Part shown: positions 37,275 to 47,272 of the stretch, piece by piece
Numbering within the stretch: position 1 is the first letter of the stretch
Layout of the letters: every line of letters starts with the position of its first letter
IMG/VR virus record: IMGVR_UViG_3300035661_000047
From: a virus
Lineage: Duplodnaviria > Heunggongvirae > Uroviricota > Caudoviricetes
Reading direction: 5' to 3' (one strand)
DNA length: 64,000 nt
Program-made: the position numbers and the translations under genes
The notes under the pieces: generated by a model
Databases searched by the model: none
Told to the model about the DNA's origin: nothing
What the model saw: only the letters and a program-made list of their open reading frames with translations

Positions 37275-38381
37275 TCAGAAGTCTAGTTCTTCTTCGCCGA
37301 GGTCGTTCTTGACGACGTTAAGCGCGTAGTTGTTTCCGTCTGCCTCTTGCATAGCGTTTTGGGTCTTGTCAATGTCGATCCAGTTCTGCATCCACGGAAG
37401 CGGGTTGACAGTGATGCGATCCCAGTCCAAATCATAGCCCAAGGCGTCGAACACAGGCTGAGCATTGTAGCGTACCCAGTCTTTCAGCAGCGCAGGATTC
37501 AGTCCAACGATAGCTCGGCCTTCGCTGAACAGGTATTCTGACCACTGAAGCTCTTGGTCAACAACCTCTTGTAGCATCATGTGGATCAGTTTACCACACT
37601 CTTTTCGAGCGATCAAGCCACGTTCTGTAGAAAGTTCGACCTTCAGCACTTCAGCATCAAGTGCTGCATGCACTGCAATTTCGTCAAGCATGATCTTCTG
37701 TACAGCTTTGCCAATGCTCTGGAAGTAGCCTTGCTCGACAATAGCAAACGTTGCAGCAAATGACGCCATGAACTGAATTCGCTCAAGGCAGCACAAAGCG
37801 ACAACGGCCATGAACGCCGTATTGTACTGCGTCTGCTCTCCGACAGCAAACTGATTGACGCCATTTTCTTTCAGCGTGCGCAGCGCGCCCATAACAGCAA
37901 GGCCATCGAACACCTTGTTGACCGTGGAAGATCGGGCGATGGTCTTTTCGTTCTCCATTACCATCTTGAAAACTTCACTCGGATCGGCAACGCACTGCCG
38001 AACGATTTCACTGTACGTCAGAGCATGAACGACTTCCATGTTGGTATTTTCCAACAGTGCGGCCCACAGCTCAGAGTTGGTAACGAACGGAGCAAGCAGC
38101 GGCGCAATTGAGCGGGAAGCAACACTGTCAGCTTCCCACTGGTACGCCAGATTCATCAGCATGACTTTGTACACCGACTCTGGGCAGTTCAGAAGGTCTA
38201 GGCGAGATTGGTCGTGGTTGAACTCATCTTCGACCCATCGCTGGCTTACCTGTCGCTTGTAGATGTTTTGAATTGCCGGGTAGCGAACATTGACGCTATC
38301 GTGCATGGCAGGGCTTTGCCCCATGAAGAGCGAACCCTCTCCGCTCTTCCATTCAGTGTTTTGTGCGTTGAATACAGTCAT
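37275..38381 (-). CDS. nrdB: ribonucleotide reductase class Ia beta subunit
   Basis: 368 aa; di-iron ligand context (EEA..H, ...E..H) and position beside nrdA. Confidence 0.8.
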   Translation of the reverse strand: MTVFNAQNTEWKSGEGSLFMGQSPAMHDSVNVRYPAIQNIYKRQVSQRWVEDEFNHDQSRLDLLNCPESVYKVMLMNLAYQWEADSVASRSIAPLLAPFVTNSELWAALLENTNMEVVHALTYSEIVRQCVADPSEVFKMVMENEKTIARSSTVNKVFDGLAVMGALRTLKENGVNQFAVGEQTQYNTAFMAVVALCCLERIQFMASFAATFAIVEQGYFQSIGKAVQKIMLDEIAVHAALDAEVLKVELSTERGLIARKECGKLIHMMLQEVVDQELQWSEYLFSEGRAIVGLNPALLKDWVRYNAQPVFDALGYDLDWDRITVNPLPWMQNWIDIDKTQNAMQEADGNNYALNVVKNDLGEEELDF

Positions 38382-38611
38382 CAGCAGACAGTGATTTCGA
38401 GGTTGATAGGGATGAGTTTGGTACTGCTTACGGCGTCTTCAAACAGTATGACATTTCCACATATTCCGAATCCTACGATACCAGCGCTTAGGTACTTGTT
38501 GATGATGTAGATTTCACCATCATCGTCCATGTAAGAATCATCATCTTTAAGGTCGTCAATTTCGCAGGTCTTGCCACTGGTGGGTTCGTTTCGGATTATT
38601 TTAACGGGCAT
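38381..38611 (-). CDS. hypothetical protein between nrdA and nrdB (76 aa)
   Basis: AAAGGAGAAACA RBS before ATG 38611. Confidence 0.5.
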   Translation of the reverse strand: MPVKIIRNEPTSGKTCEIDDLKDDDSYMDDDGEIYIINKYLSAGIVGFGICGNVILFEDAVSSTKLIPINLEITVC

Positions 38612-38652
38612 TGTTTCTCCTTTAGTGAGCGGGGCTTTCGCCCCGCAGTGTA

Positions 38653-40914
38653 TCACAGTGAACAGCTATCGCAGACAGGTTCCGGCTCTTCGATCATAAG
38701 ATCGACGCCAGTAGAAGAGTTGATATAGTACCGACTCTTCATTCCCAGTTTAACACGTCTCAGCCACTCTTGCAAGAGCGTCTTCGCAGACAGCTCGCGC
38801 TTACCTTCCTTGTCGTACTTGATGTACAGGTCGGCAGAGATTGCCTGACCAGTGAAGCACTGGACAATGGCATACACGTCGATCATGTCGTTCGTAGGAA
38901 TCTCCCACGCAAGCTCATAGCTCGACGCCAGTGTATCGAGTTCTGGAGCAATGAACAAGTTCTTGTTTGTTCCAGAGGTCTTGACTACCTTGTAGGCTCG
39001 GATAGGGTACAAGCCATTCGTATGTCCGCCAGCAACGCTGCTAGACTCACATGGCATGTGCGCCTCATGCACTGAGAAGCGAAGACCGCCAAGAGCCTTC
39101 ATTTCAGCGCGAAGCGATTCCCAGTCGCACAGCAGAGGCTGTCCAGTCAATCGCTGGACTTCCTTGTTTGCTGTGTCGATAGGTAGCCACCCGTCAGCGT
39201 ATTTTGTCCGGTCTGCCCACTCACACACGCCTCGTTCTTTGGCAAGCCGCAGTGAAGCTTTGTGAAGGCAGTAGCTGTGACGCTCTGCCAGCCGGAAGAT
39301 GTACCGCTTGCCTTCGATAGTGCTGTACTTCAGACCTTCCTTAGCCATAGCAAAGGCGAGGTTTGTGATTCCGACACCAATGCTACGTCGGGCCTGCGCA
39401 GTAACCTTGAGCTGTGGGAACGGGTACTCCATGATGTCGATGACGTTATCAATCATCAACGAAGCGTAGTAGGCCACTTCTTCATACTCTTCGTCGCTGA
39501 CGAGTCCAGCAGCAATAGCTGCAAGCGAGCACAGGCCGATTTCACCCATATCCTCAAGGACTTGAAACACAGCCGTCACCGGGCGGTACAGGTCGTACAC
39601 CGAGTTGTACCCTAGTGTCGGAAGCCCAATTTCTTGGCACAAGTTAGATGAATAGATCGTATCCTTGAACGGGGTGTGACGATTCAGCTCGCTTGTGTTG
39701 TGTTCGTACAGTCTCCCAGTTTCAACAGCTTCTGTCAAGAACATGAGAGCTATTTCTCTGGCACTCACTACCTGCTTTGCAACGCTGTCATCGGCCTCAA
39801 CTTCCGCATACAGCTTAACAAACTTGTCAGAATCACCACTGTACATCGCTTCGTACAGTTCTGGAGCATCGCCGTAACTGACAAGCATCCAAGAAGAATT
39901 CGCAGCAACCCTGCGGGCGAACTCTTCATTATACCCGACAGAGTAGTCGATGTCTTTGATGCGCTTGTCGGAAATGGTCTGGACATTCTTCAGCTTCAGA
40001 AGATCAAAAATCTCAGGGTCCATCACGTTGAAGTGCATCGTGTTGGCACCACCACGGGAAGCCTGCAAATTGGCCGATACAGCCGCTTGCTGGACCTTGT
40101 AGTAGGGTAGCTTACCCATGTGCTGAATAGCGCCTTGGCGGACCTTATCACCCTTGCTACGGGTCTTGATATGCCCACCAATACCTGCCGATGCACAAGT
40201 CATCATGTAGGCGATGTGGTCAGCAGCAGCCAGACTAGCAGCAGAATCCTCAGTTGTGAAGACGCAACACGACGCATATTGCTTCTTTTCAGTACCGAGG
40301 TTGAGGCTGAATGGTGTAGGAGGGTTGATCTTCTTCTGAGACAGGAACGTGTACAGCTTTTTCACATCCTGCATCCGTCGATCTTTCGGCATCTTCTCCA
40401 TATTGCCAAGGGCCATCCGCATGTAGACAAACTGCGGAGTTTCATAGACCTTCTTGTCAACGCGGTCGGAGATAGCGTACTTGTCGATGATCTGCTTGGT
40501 TTCAGTCAGCGTAGCCTGCATGTCAAGTTCATGATTGATGAACTCGTTGCAGTAGTCCAACTCTTCCTCAGAGTAGTCCATCTTCGCCCACAGCCCTAGG
40601 CCGGTCATCCTTTCGTACATATCCTGCACGCTTGGGATTTCACGCCAATCTCCGAATGCTTGCTTGTAGACAGCACCGATGTACAGTCGTCCAGCCATTT
40701 TCAGGTGGGCGGCTGTCTCTCGGTCAACGCAGGCTGCAATCAGCGCCTTGTGGAGATCGTCAGTGGTACAACCGTCAAAGCATTTGCGTGTAGCTTCAAG
40801 GGCTACACCGCTCCAGTCAACACCGATACCAGCGGCCCATTCTCCCCACTTGTTCAGCTTGTCTGCATCAAACCAAACTACACTTCCATCTCGTTTACGA
40901 ATTGCTCGAATCAT
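38653..40914 (-). CDS. nrdA: ribonucleotide reductase class Ia alpha subunit
   Basis: 753 aa; ATP-cone-like N-terminus, catalytic NLCQEI and C-terminal CxxC (CDSCSL). Confidence 0.85.
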   Translation of the reverse strand: MIRAIRKRDGSVVWFDADKLNKWGEWAAGIGVDWSGVALEATRKCFDGCTTDDLHKALIAACVDRETAAHLKMAGRLYIGAVYKQAFGDWREIPSVQDMYERMTGLGLWAKMDYSEEELDYCNEFINHELDMQATLTETKQIIDKYAISDRVDKKVYETPQFVYMRMALGNMEKMPKDRRMQDVKKLYTFLSQKKINPPTPFSLNLGTEKKQYASCCVFTTEDSAASLAAADHIAYMMTCASAGIGGHIKTRSKGDKVRQGAIQHMGKLPYYKVQQAAVSANLQASRGGANTMHFNVMDPEIFDLLKLKNVQTISDKRIKDIDYSVGYNEEFARRVAANSSWMLVSYGDAPELYEAMYSGDSDKFVKLYAEVEADDSVAKQVVSAREIALMFLTEAVETGRLYEHNTSELNRHTPFKDTIYSSNLCQEIGLPTLGYNSVYDLYRPVTAVFQVLEDMGEIGLCSLAAIAAGLVSDEEYEEVAYYASLMIDNVIDIMEYPFPQLKVTAQARRSIGVGITNLAFAMAKEGLKYSTIEGKRYIFRLAERHSYCLHKASLRLAKERGVCEWADRTKYADGWLPIDTANKEVQRLTGQPLLCDWESLRAEMKALGGLRFSVHEAHMPCESSSVAGGHTNGLYPIRAYKVVKTSGTNKNLFIAPELDTLASSYELAWEIPTNDMIDVYAIVQCFTGQAISADLYIKYDKEGKRELSAKTLLQEWLRRVKLGMKSRYYINSSTGVDLMIEEPEPVCDSCSL

Positions 40915-41231
40915 CTGTTCCTTTCATTACATTTCATGCCATGACAGAAGGCGCTGGCGCTTGATTTCGACACGCGCCTTGATGTCCTCGATGTCTAGAT
41001 CGAAGTGTTCAATTGCAAGCTACGTAGTAGCGTACACGTCTGCAACCTCTTCCATGAACCACTCACGGTTAGGCTTCTTTGTCACAGGCTCTCGTCCGTC
41101 AATGCCTTGAATAATACACCGAGCCGTAGCAGAGCCGAGTTCATTCAGCTCTTCCAGTTGCTTGCCGAGAATCTTCAACGTCAGGCGGTCGCGCTCAGGT
41201 TACCACGGGGTCATTTGTTATTGATTCAGAG

Positions 41232-41765
41232 TCATTGTTGTCCTTCAAGCTGTTCTGCGTACTCTTCAGGCGTCTTCAACGCGCCTGCATCGTTGTACGG
41301 TGTTCCTCGGATACGGTCACGAATCTTCTCAAGCGTGAGAATTTCAAGCGTAACTTCCTTGTAGTCTGGCTCAATCAACTCCGTAGTTAAGTTTGAGTCT
41401 TCTTCATCGCCTACATCACTTCTAAGGTCAACGGAGTTTCCAAGTAGCTTCGCAATCTCCTTGGTCAGCGACATATCGTAATACGAAGCCGCAATAAGCC
41501 TTTCAGTAGCGGTGCATAGGGGGCTCGTAAGAAATCCTCGGTCACGACGGATTTCTCCTACGGCACGAAACCCTACGCCAACGTTTCCTTGCAAGTCTCG
41601 GTGCTTAGCCGGGACGTACAAAATTGCGCGAGTCACGTTGAACCCGAGTTGGCGGAGGTAAGAATTTACAAGGGCGTCATTCGAGATTTGAAGAAGCTCG
41701 ATTTCATTGAACTTCGACAGAGCAGGGATCAGTTGTAGATCACGGAAAGAGAATATACGACTCAT
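41232..41765 (-). CDS. hypothetical protein (177 aa)
   Basis: ORF with ATGA overlap to upstream zinc-ribbon gene. Confidence 0.5.
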   Translation of the reverse strand: MSRIFSFRDLQLIPALSKFNEIELLQISNDALVNSYLRQLGFNVTRAILYVPAKHRDLQGNVGVGFRAVGEIRRDRGFLTSPLCTATERLIAASYYDMSLTKEIAKLLGNSVDLRSDVGDEEDSNLTTELIEPDYKEVTLEILTLEKIRDRIRGTPYNDAGALKTPEEYAEQLEGQQ

Positions 41766-41920
41766 GCCACCTCCTTGTCTACAGTGACTTGGATAATCTG
41801 TGCGTTGATGTCGTCAATAATGCCTTGCTCACACACAGGGTTGCTGCAAAGCTGGATTGACGGGTTTCCTGCAAAATAAGTTGTCGCGTCAGCTCCGCAC
41901 ACAATGCATTTTTGTTCCAT
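41762..41920 (-). CDS. small zinc-ribbon protein (52 aa)
   Basis: AAAGGACAGAT RBS + ATG 41920; MEQKCIVCGADATTYFAGNPSIQLCSNPVCEQG... (CxxC...C...C); preferred over the overlapping track ORF 41779..41967. Confidence 0.5.
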   Translation of the reverse strand: MEQKCIVCGADATTYFAGNPSIQLCSNPVCEQGIIDDINAQIIQVTVDKEVA

Positions 41921-41930
41921 ATCTGTCCTT

Positions 41931-42209
41931 TCAGAAAGGGTTTTGAAGCTCTTGAGCTTTCAGCCACTTGAGCATTACGGGAATTTGCTTGTACTCGTAC
42001 ATAGTGTTGTACGAAAACTCGCCACTATCTTTGTCAGCGTACAGGATTAAGTCTTCTTCAAAGAAGTAGCCGTAGGGTGAACCATCAATCTTTGCAGCCT
42101 CAAGGATTGAAGTAAATGCTGCAACCCTTACAAAAACTACCATGCCATTGCTCAACAGAACAAGGTGTACAGGAAGGCCACGGATGGGGATTTGAATTTG
42201 TTGTAGCAT
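41931..42209 (-). CDS. hypothetical protein (92 aa)
   Basis: TAAGGAGAATAC RBS + ATG 42209. Confidence 0.55.
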   Translation of the reverse strand: MLQQIQIPIRGLPVHLVLLSNGMVVFVRVAAFTSILEAAKIDGSPYGYFFEEDLILYADKDSGEFSYNTMYEYKQIPVMLKWLKAQELQNPF

Positions 42210-42218
42210 GTATTCTCC

Positions 42219-43058
42219 TTAAAGTGGCATTACTTCCAGAACTGGAATGCCGTCGATGATGAGGCCCGTCCCGACAATAGGGCGCTTGAGGTTTGCGTTA
42301 TTGTACGCGAAAGCCAGGGACTTGTCATCAATGAGGCAACCAGCGTTCATGGCCCAGTACAGGCCGAGAGGGTTGGCCCAGTATTTGATGCCGAAGCTTT
42401 CGTGGTAGTGTCCGCAAACATGGGACATTCCCATTGCCTGACTGACCTTGATTGCGTCTGTTGACTTGCCGTGATGCACGTAGACTTTCTGACCATCGGG
42501 CAGCGTCAGCGTCATGTCAATGTGCCACTTCCAGCCCTCTCCTACGCCAAGCACCTCATTGTACGGTCGAATGTACCGACGCGGGATACCGTGGTGTTTT
42601 GCTTTCCGGTAGACCATTGAACCATGATTGCTATCAATCAGGTCCATCACAGGAAAGAGCTTTTCGACTTCAGCGATAATAGGTAGAGCTTTTTCAAGCT
42701 CAGGGCCTGCACTGTCAAGGTCAGGATCGCTGCCGTGGAAAGACATTGCGTGCTTGTCAAGCTCATCGCCAAGGCAAATAACTCGTGTAGGTTCATAGCG
42801 TTTCTTCAGTCCTTCTAGGAATGGTAGCACACCCTCGTGTTGGTAAGGAATGTGCATGTCGCTGATGAACAGGATTCGAGAGTTGTCGTGCGTAGGTGGC
42901 TCTTCTACTTCTGCCGGCTCTGTAGCTATTCCGGAGTTTTTACGAAGAAAGTCTGACACGGTACTCTTCGGCACTTGCAGCGCAGCGGCAATTTGCCGCC
43001 AAGACAGGACATTTGTGTCGGCCAGTGTAGCAGCTTTTTGCTGCCAATCGTTACTCAT
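42219..43058 (-). CDS. calcineurin-like metallophosphoesterase with N-terminal HTH
   Basis: AAAGGAG RBS + ATG 43058; HTH-like WRQIAAALQVPKSTVSDFLRK; phosphoesterase motifs ISDMHIPYQHEG, GDELDKHA, DSNHG, VHHGKS, VCGHYH. Confidence 0.7.
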   Translation of the reverse strand: MSNDWQQKAATLADTNVLSWRQIAAALQVPKSTVSDFLRKNSGIATEPAEVEEPPTHDNSRILFISDMHIPYQHEGVLPFLEGLKKRYEPTRVICLGDELDKHAMSFHGSDPDLDSAGPELEKALPIIAEVEKLFPVMDLIDSNHGSMVYRKAKHHGIPRRYIRPYNEVLGVGEGWKWHIDMTLTLPDGQKVYVHHGKSTDAIKVSQAMGMSHVCGHYHESFGIKYWANPLGLYWAMNAGCLIDDKSLAFAYNNANLKRPIVGTGLIIDGIPVLEVMPL

Positions 43059-43285
43059 AAGACTCCTTTCAGTGAGCGAGTTCAAGAACACTCGCAGGGA
43101 ACAGATACCCGTCAGGATCGAAAGCGATACCTTCAGGCTCGATTGATTCAATCACAAATGTCTTGCCAACAGCCTTGTCAATGTCTTTCATCCAAGCGTT
43201 GTCCCAGGGCTTGCCTTCTCCCATCCCGTTTGGGTCGAGGGTCGTGCCGACGGCGTGACGCGAACGATGTCGCCAACTTTGAAAG

Positions 43286-43837
43286 TCATTGAAGCTCCTT
43301 TGTGAAAATTTCCGTCAACGCCGCTTTGCGTTTTTCTGAGTTGGTGAGTTGGCCGGCATTATAGCCGTTTTTCTTACAGAAGTCAACAACAAAATCTTTG
43401 CTGTTCTTCATCATGGCGATCACTCGCTTCTGGATTGCGGCCTCTTCAAATGAGGCGCCAGTCTTTTCTGAGTGAGACTTTACTTTGTGACACGGCTTAC
43501 AAGCCAGCACCCAGTTGTCATTACAGTATAGCAGATTTTCCATGAAGTGCCCAGCAGTTTCCCACGAGTTGCACGAACCCGCCTGCTCTACGTGGTCAAC
43601 TTCGAGAGCAGACCCGGTGAACATGCACCCACAGTAGTGGCACTTCCCAAAGCTCTTGCCACGCCCAGTGTAACCCGGAGGTCGCTCAGGTGTCAACTGC
43701 TTTTTCTTCCATTCCAGCTTTGCAGGGTATCTTGACCAAATCATCCGCAGACCGCCGCGCAGGTACGAAAAGAACGCGGCCTTTGTCTTCCAAATGTTTG
43801 GAAAGACCTCCCAAGGTTGTTGAAATGTCTTGCTCAT
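43286..43837 (-). CDS. HNH endonuclease
   Basis: CHYCGC...HVEQAGSCNSWE...CKPCHKVKSH zinc-finger/HNH pattern. Confidence 0.65.
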   Translation of the reverse strand: MSKTFQQPWEVFPNIWKTKAAFFSYLRGGLRMIWSRYPAKLEWKKKQLTPERPPGYTGRGKSFGKCHYCGCMFTGSALEVDHVEQAGSCNSWETAGHFMENLLYCNDNWVLACKPCHKVKSHSEKTGASFEEAAIQKRVIAMMKNSKDFVVDFCKKNGYNAGQLTNSEKRKAALTEIFTKELQ

Positions 43838-44868
43838 CAGTCTTCAAACTCCACGCCAAGCTTTTTCATCGTAGCAACAACGTCTACCTTGTCTTCCTTG
43901 TGGCGCAGCATGTGCGCCAGCGTGAAGTTCTCTTGTAGCATCGTTAGCCACGTAATGTCGAGCGTATCGCCTCTCCAGCCCGTAATTGCCTTAGGTTGAG
44001 GGTAGAGGGTCTTGTAGCCCTTTACAAGCGCCTCGATGGCTTCCTTGTCGTTCTTGCAGTCCTTCAAGAGCGCATACGCAGACTTCTCTGCCCACTTCAT
44101 GTCGCACGCGGAGTTGGCGAAGTAGTTGTCAGCGTCGTCCCCGTTCAAAACCTGTTGATACAGCCACATGCGGCCACGGCCCTTCACTACCCCCTTCTCG
44201 TTCAAATACAACGAACCGAAGCCGTCGTAAGAGTCGATGTCTCCACCTTGTTCGATGTGATACAGGTGGGCAGCGCATTGCAGGTAATCCTTATCGACGT
44301 AGCCGAGAACAAGTTTATCCTTGCCGCTCTTAGTCTTCTTCCACTTCTGCCAAGAATTATAGCTGTCAATTGAGCATGCATCGTCAGCTTCAATATACTC
44401 GATTATCTTGCATGCGTGGTGCTTGACTAGATACTCTTTCAGGGCATCAAGATGCACAGGACGAAGGGTGCCGTCTCGATTGCCTTTGTACTTGATGACA
44501 GTCGATACGTCTTCCCGGAAGACCTTGCCACGGCCAGAATAGCCGTAGTATGTATCCGCACCTACAGCTTCTTTAATGCCAGTGATGATTTGCTTCATCG
44601 TGTGAAGGCAGTTGTGAAGCGGCTCAGGCGTCTGTACGTCGATGATGTCGAATTCGTCGGCGCTGCGGCGGTTTCCTTCGCTCTTGGCAGCGTTGTACTC
44701 GGCTAGCCACCCGCCAGCTTTCTTCTTCCAGTGTCCCCAGAATGCTGTCCGCGTAGCGAACTCGTATTCGTCGCCAGAGGTTCGATGAACGGCCTTGATT
44801 GTTCGCTCTTCGCCTACGCTCCCAGCTCGGTACAGAATCGGGTCATAGTCAAAACACAGAGTCGTCAT
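43837..44868 (-). CDS. 5'-3' exonuclease (T7 gp6-like)
   Basis: Motif series DYDPILYRA, KYKGNR, EADDACS, GYVDKDY, GGDIDSYDGFG parallels T7 gene 6 exonuclease motifs (DGDWLVFQA, YKANRK, EGDDVMG, SCDKDF, GDITDGYSGIAG) as I recall them. Confidence 0.7.
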   Translation of the reverse strand: MTTLCFDYDPILYRAGSVGEERTIKAVHRTSGDEYEFATRTAFWGHWKKKAGGWLAEYNAAKSEGNRRSADEFDIIDVQTPEPLHNCLHTMKQIITGIKEAVGADTYYGYSGRGKVFREDVSTVIKYKGNRDGTLRPVHLDALKEYLVKHHACKIIEYIEADDACSIDSYNSWQKWKKTKSGKDKLVLGYVDKDYLQCAAHLYHIEQGGDIDSYDGFGSLYLNEKGVVKGRGRMWLYQQVLNGDDADNYFANSACDMKWAEKSAYALLKDCKNDKEAIEALVKGYKTLYPQPKAITGWRGDTLDITWLTMLQENFTLAHMLRHKEDKVDVVATMKKLGVEFED

Positions 44869-44880
44869 TAGCTCACCTTT

Positions 44881-45171
44881 TCAGTCGTCAATTTCAACAG
44901 TGTAGTCAAGCAAAGCTTGGTACACACGCGGGTCGATTTGGGATTTGTACTCTTCAGCTACACGCTTGCACTCAGCTTCTTTTGCTTTCTTGTAGGCAAT
45001 GAAAGCTGCTTCTGGTGTAGAGAAGCGGTCAAGGCTGTGCGTCTTTCCTTTAATACTAATGGATGCCTTAAACTTCTCTCTTTCTTTGTCCCAGCTCACT
45101 CCAATAGTCAATTCTCCCCTAGCCGCGTTACTCTTTGTCAAGAGTGAGTTAACTGCTGCTGGAACAAACAC
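44881..45171 (-). CDS. AP2-domain DNA-binding protein
   Basis: RGELTIGVSWDKEREKFKASISIKGKTHSLDRFSTPEAAFIAYKKAKEA fits the AP2/HNH-associated domain pattern. Confidence 0.55.
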   Translation of the reverse strand: MFVPAAVNSLLTKSNAARGELTIGVSWDKEREKFKASISIKGKTHSLDRFSTPEAAFIAYKKAKEAECKRVAEEYKSQIDPRVYQALLDYTVEIDD

Positions 45172-45178
45172 ACAAAGC

Positions 45179-45463
45179 TCATGGCAGTAAACCTTGTTTC
45201 CTTTTCAGCAGTATGTCTTTGTCTAAGTCGCCTTCTCCGTAACCAATCTGAGTTCTAGCAAATTCAACAAAGGCGTGGCAGGATTTGAAAGTTGTTGTAC
45301 AGCCAATGTATGTCGGGTTGTTTTTCTGATATCGGCCGCCTACTCTACAACGCTTTGTCATTTCGTGGTAATACCCGCCACCGACAGTAAACACCTTCTT
45401 ACCATCCACTGTAGGCTGATAAGCCCACTCGCCATTCTCATTCTTGAAATCTTCAACAACCAA
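45179..45463 (-). CDS. hypothetical protein (TTG start)
   Basis: GAAAGGAGAAGAGA RBS then TTG; 94 aa. Confidence 0.45.
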   Translation of the reverse strand: MVVEDFKNENGEWAYQPTVDGKKVFTVGGGYYHEMTKRCRVGGRYQKNNPTYIGCTTTFKSCHAFVEFARTQIGYGEGDLDKDILLKRKQGLLP

Positions 45464-45519
45464 TCTCTTCTCCTTTCAAAAAGAAAGCCCGCTACCCGTG
45501 AAGGTAGCGGGCAGCAGCT

Positions 45520-45749
45520 TTACGCTGGCGTCGAATCGTAATTCTTATCGAAGAACGCTCGGGCAACGTACCACTGGTCGGCGTGATTCACAGGATTCCT
45601 GAAAACCATTCTAGCCTGAAGTGAATCGAATGCAATTGCGTATTCTGTCGTGACGCTGATACCTGCGTTTCGCAGCTCTTGCAAACCTTCACCGTCAGTA
45701 AGGCTGCGGGCTTCGGCAAAGCCCTTGCTGGCATACTGCTTGAACTCCA
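45520..45749 (-). CDS. hypothetical protein (76 aa)
   Basis: ATG 2 nt after the SSB stop; the N-terminal part of track ORF 45520..45897 overlaps the SSB gene and is rejected. Confidence 0.45.
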
Positions 45750-45751
45750 TA

Positions 45752-46648
45752 TCAGAACGGCACATCGTCGTCAGCGTCGTCTTGAGGCACCGGCTTCGGC
45801 TTTGCAGCCGTCTTCTTCGCAGGAGCCTTTGCAGCAGGCTTCTGGGCCGGCGCTTCGTCTTCGCCTTCATCTCCGCCTTGAGCATTTTCAGCTTCAAAAG
45901 CTTCGATGGCCTTCTTCATCGCCGAGCCAGCGTAGTTGTTCGCCAGCTTGATTTGCTTGATAAGGCTTGCACGAATCCACTTGATGTCTTCCTTGCGAGC
46001 GTTGTCAAACGTGATGCACAGAGCCGGGTTGTTAAGCTCAGCCACTGGCAGCGGGTTGCCGTCATCATCTTCAGGCACTTCAGCAGCACCCTTGAAGTTG
46101 ACGTTCTTGTAGACCAGAACGTTTCCTTCCTTGTCCTTCTTGCCGTTCTTGTCTTCAGTTTCCTTGACTTCGACTTGAGCCATGAAAGGCAGGCCCATCA
46201 GCTCTTCAGCGTCCATCGACTCGATGACATCCGGGCGACCGACAGCCTTCGCAATCTTGGTCAGGAGGTTTGCAGGGTGTAAGCCCCACGGCTTGCCTTG
46301 AATCAGGTTGCCCTTGGCATCCTTCGGCGGTGTAGCGACAAAGTTGATACCTTGCACATTGCCTTGGAAGCTCTTGTTCAGAAGCAGGCGGTAGTGTTGC
46401 TTGCCAATCGAGCCACCGTAGTCCACGGTGTCCGCAACTAGGTCGGCAAACACAGCAACCTGTTGGCAGGGCTTCTGTTCTTTCATTTCCTTGGTGTTCT
46501 GGTCTTCAAATGGCTCGCGGTTCTGGACGCCCATATCAACGATCAGCGAGACTCGGGCCTTACGACTACCAGCACGCGGAGTCGGGAAGTTGCTCGGCTC
46601 GAAGTTGCCGCCAGAGGTACGCGAAGCATTTGCAGGTTTGAAAGCCAT
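45752..46648 (-). CDS. single-stranded DNA-binding protein (T7 gp2.5-like)
   Basis: 298 aa; C-terminal acidic tail ending DDADDDVPF (aromatic terminal residue characteristic of gp2.5-type SSBs). Confidence 0.7.
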   Translation of the reverse strand: MAFKPANASRTSGGNFEPSNFPTPRAGSRKARVSLIVDMGVQNREPFEDQNTKEMKEQKPCQQVAVFADLVADTVDYGGSIGKQHYRLLLNKSFQGNVQGINFVATPPKDAKGNLIQGKPWGLHPANLLTKIAKAVGRPDVIESMDAEELMGLPFMAQVEVKETEDKNGKKDKEGNVLVYKNVNFKGAAEVPEDDDGNPLPVAELNNPALCITFDNARKEDIKWIRASLIKQIKLANNYAGSAMKKAIEAFEAENAQGGDEGEDEAPAQKPAAKAPAKKTAAKPKPVPQDDADDDVPF

Positions 46649-46713
46649 TGTGTTTCCTTTCTAAAGGTAGGTTAGTTGAGCGTTTTTGCTCTAGTTATTC
46701 GCCTTGCGGCAAA

Positions 46714-46935
46714 TTAGTTGCCCAGCAGGGCATTGATCTTGTCGGCAGCGGCGTTTGCGCGGGAGATTTGATCTTCGGCGGCGCGCTGACTAGCTTGAGC
46801 ATCCAGGATGACTTGTCGTTGCTTCGTCACTTCAGCTTCGTTTGCTGCTGCAACTTCTTGTAGGTCAGACAGAACCTTGTTGAAGGCGGACAGGACAGAG
46901 TCAACGGTCTTGGTGGGGAAGAGGGTGTTCAGCAT
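46714..46935 (-). CDS. hypothetical coiled-coil protein (73 aa)
   Basis: AAAGGAGAAACTA RBS + ATG 46935. Confidence 0.55.
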   Translation of the reverse strand: MLNTLFPTKTVDSVLSAFNKVLSDLQEVAAANEAEVTKQRQVILDAQASQRAAEDQISRANAAADKINALLGN

Positions 46936-47245
46936 TAGTTTCTCCTTTGATTGTTCTCAAGCTTGAGAATTTTGGTATTCGGCGATGCAGATGGTGAATT
47001 TCAGACTTGCTCAGAATGAAACCAGCTTGCATTGAAGCCAGGGCACAGAACTTGTTAAGTTCGCCAACAACTGTTTCGTTGTTGAGAGGTTTGTCGTTTG
47101 CGACAAGGTAGTCGATTACAAACGCTACAACGGTCTGCCCAAGAGCATTGAACACTTCAGAGATTGTGTTCTCGTCGGTCACTTGATGTGCCATTCGCAG
47201 CGACAGTTCAGTCACTCGCTGTGCTGCGATGTTTGAGTCCGCCAT
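46901..47245 (-). CDS. hypothetical protein (uncertain start)
   Basis: Track ORF 46901..47290; a promoter-like element overlaps the candidate ATG at 47245, so the true start is unclear. Confidence 0.3.
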   Translation of the reverse strand: MADSNIAAQRVTELSLRMAHQVTDENTISEVFNALGQTVVAFVIDYLVANDKPLNNETVVGELNKFCALASMQAGFILSKSEIHHLHRRIPKFSSLRTIKGETNAEHPLPHQDR

Positions 47246-47272
47246 TGTATTACGCTTTGCCTTTCTTGTCAA
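47244..47272 (-). promoter_or_regulatory. leftward sigma70-like promoter candidate (TTGACA-17-TACAAT)
   Basis: Minus-strand TTGACA at 47267-47272 and TACAAT at 47244-47249, spacer 17, preceded by CGTAA as in the promoter family. Confidence 0.45.

Noticed and set aside
36698-37312. Plus-strand ORFs inside the minus-strand replication block (36698..37312, 41005..41364, 45650..46282, 48272..49141, 52661..53338, 56319..56954 and others)
   Set aside because: Each is antisense to an RBS-supported minus-strand gene (small TM protein/Grx, SSB, NAMPT, polymerase, helicase) within a strictly leftward operon
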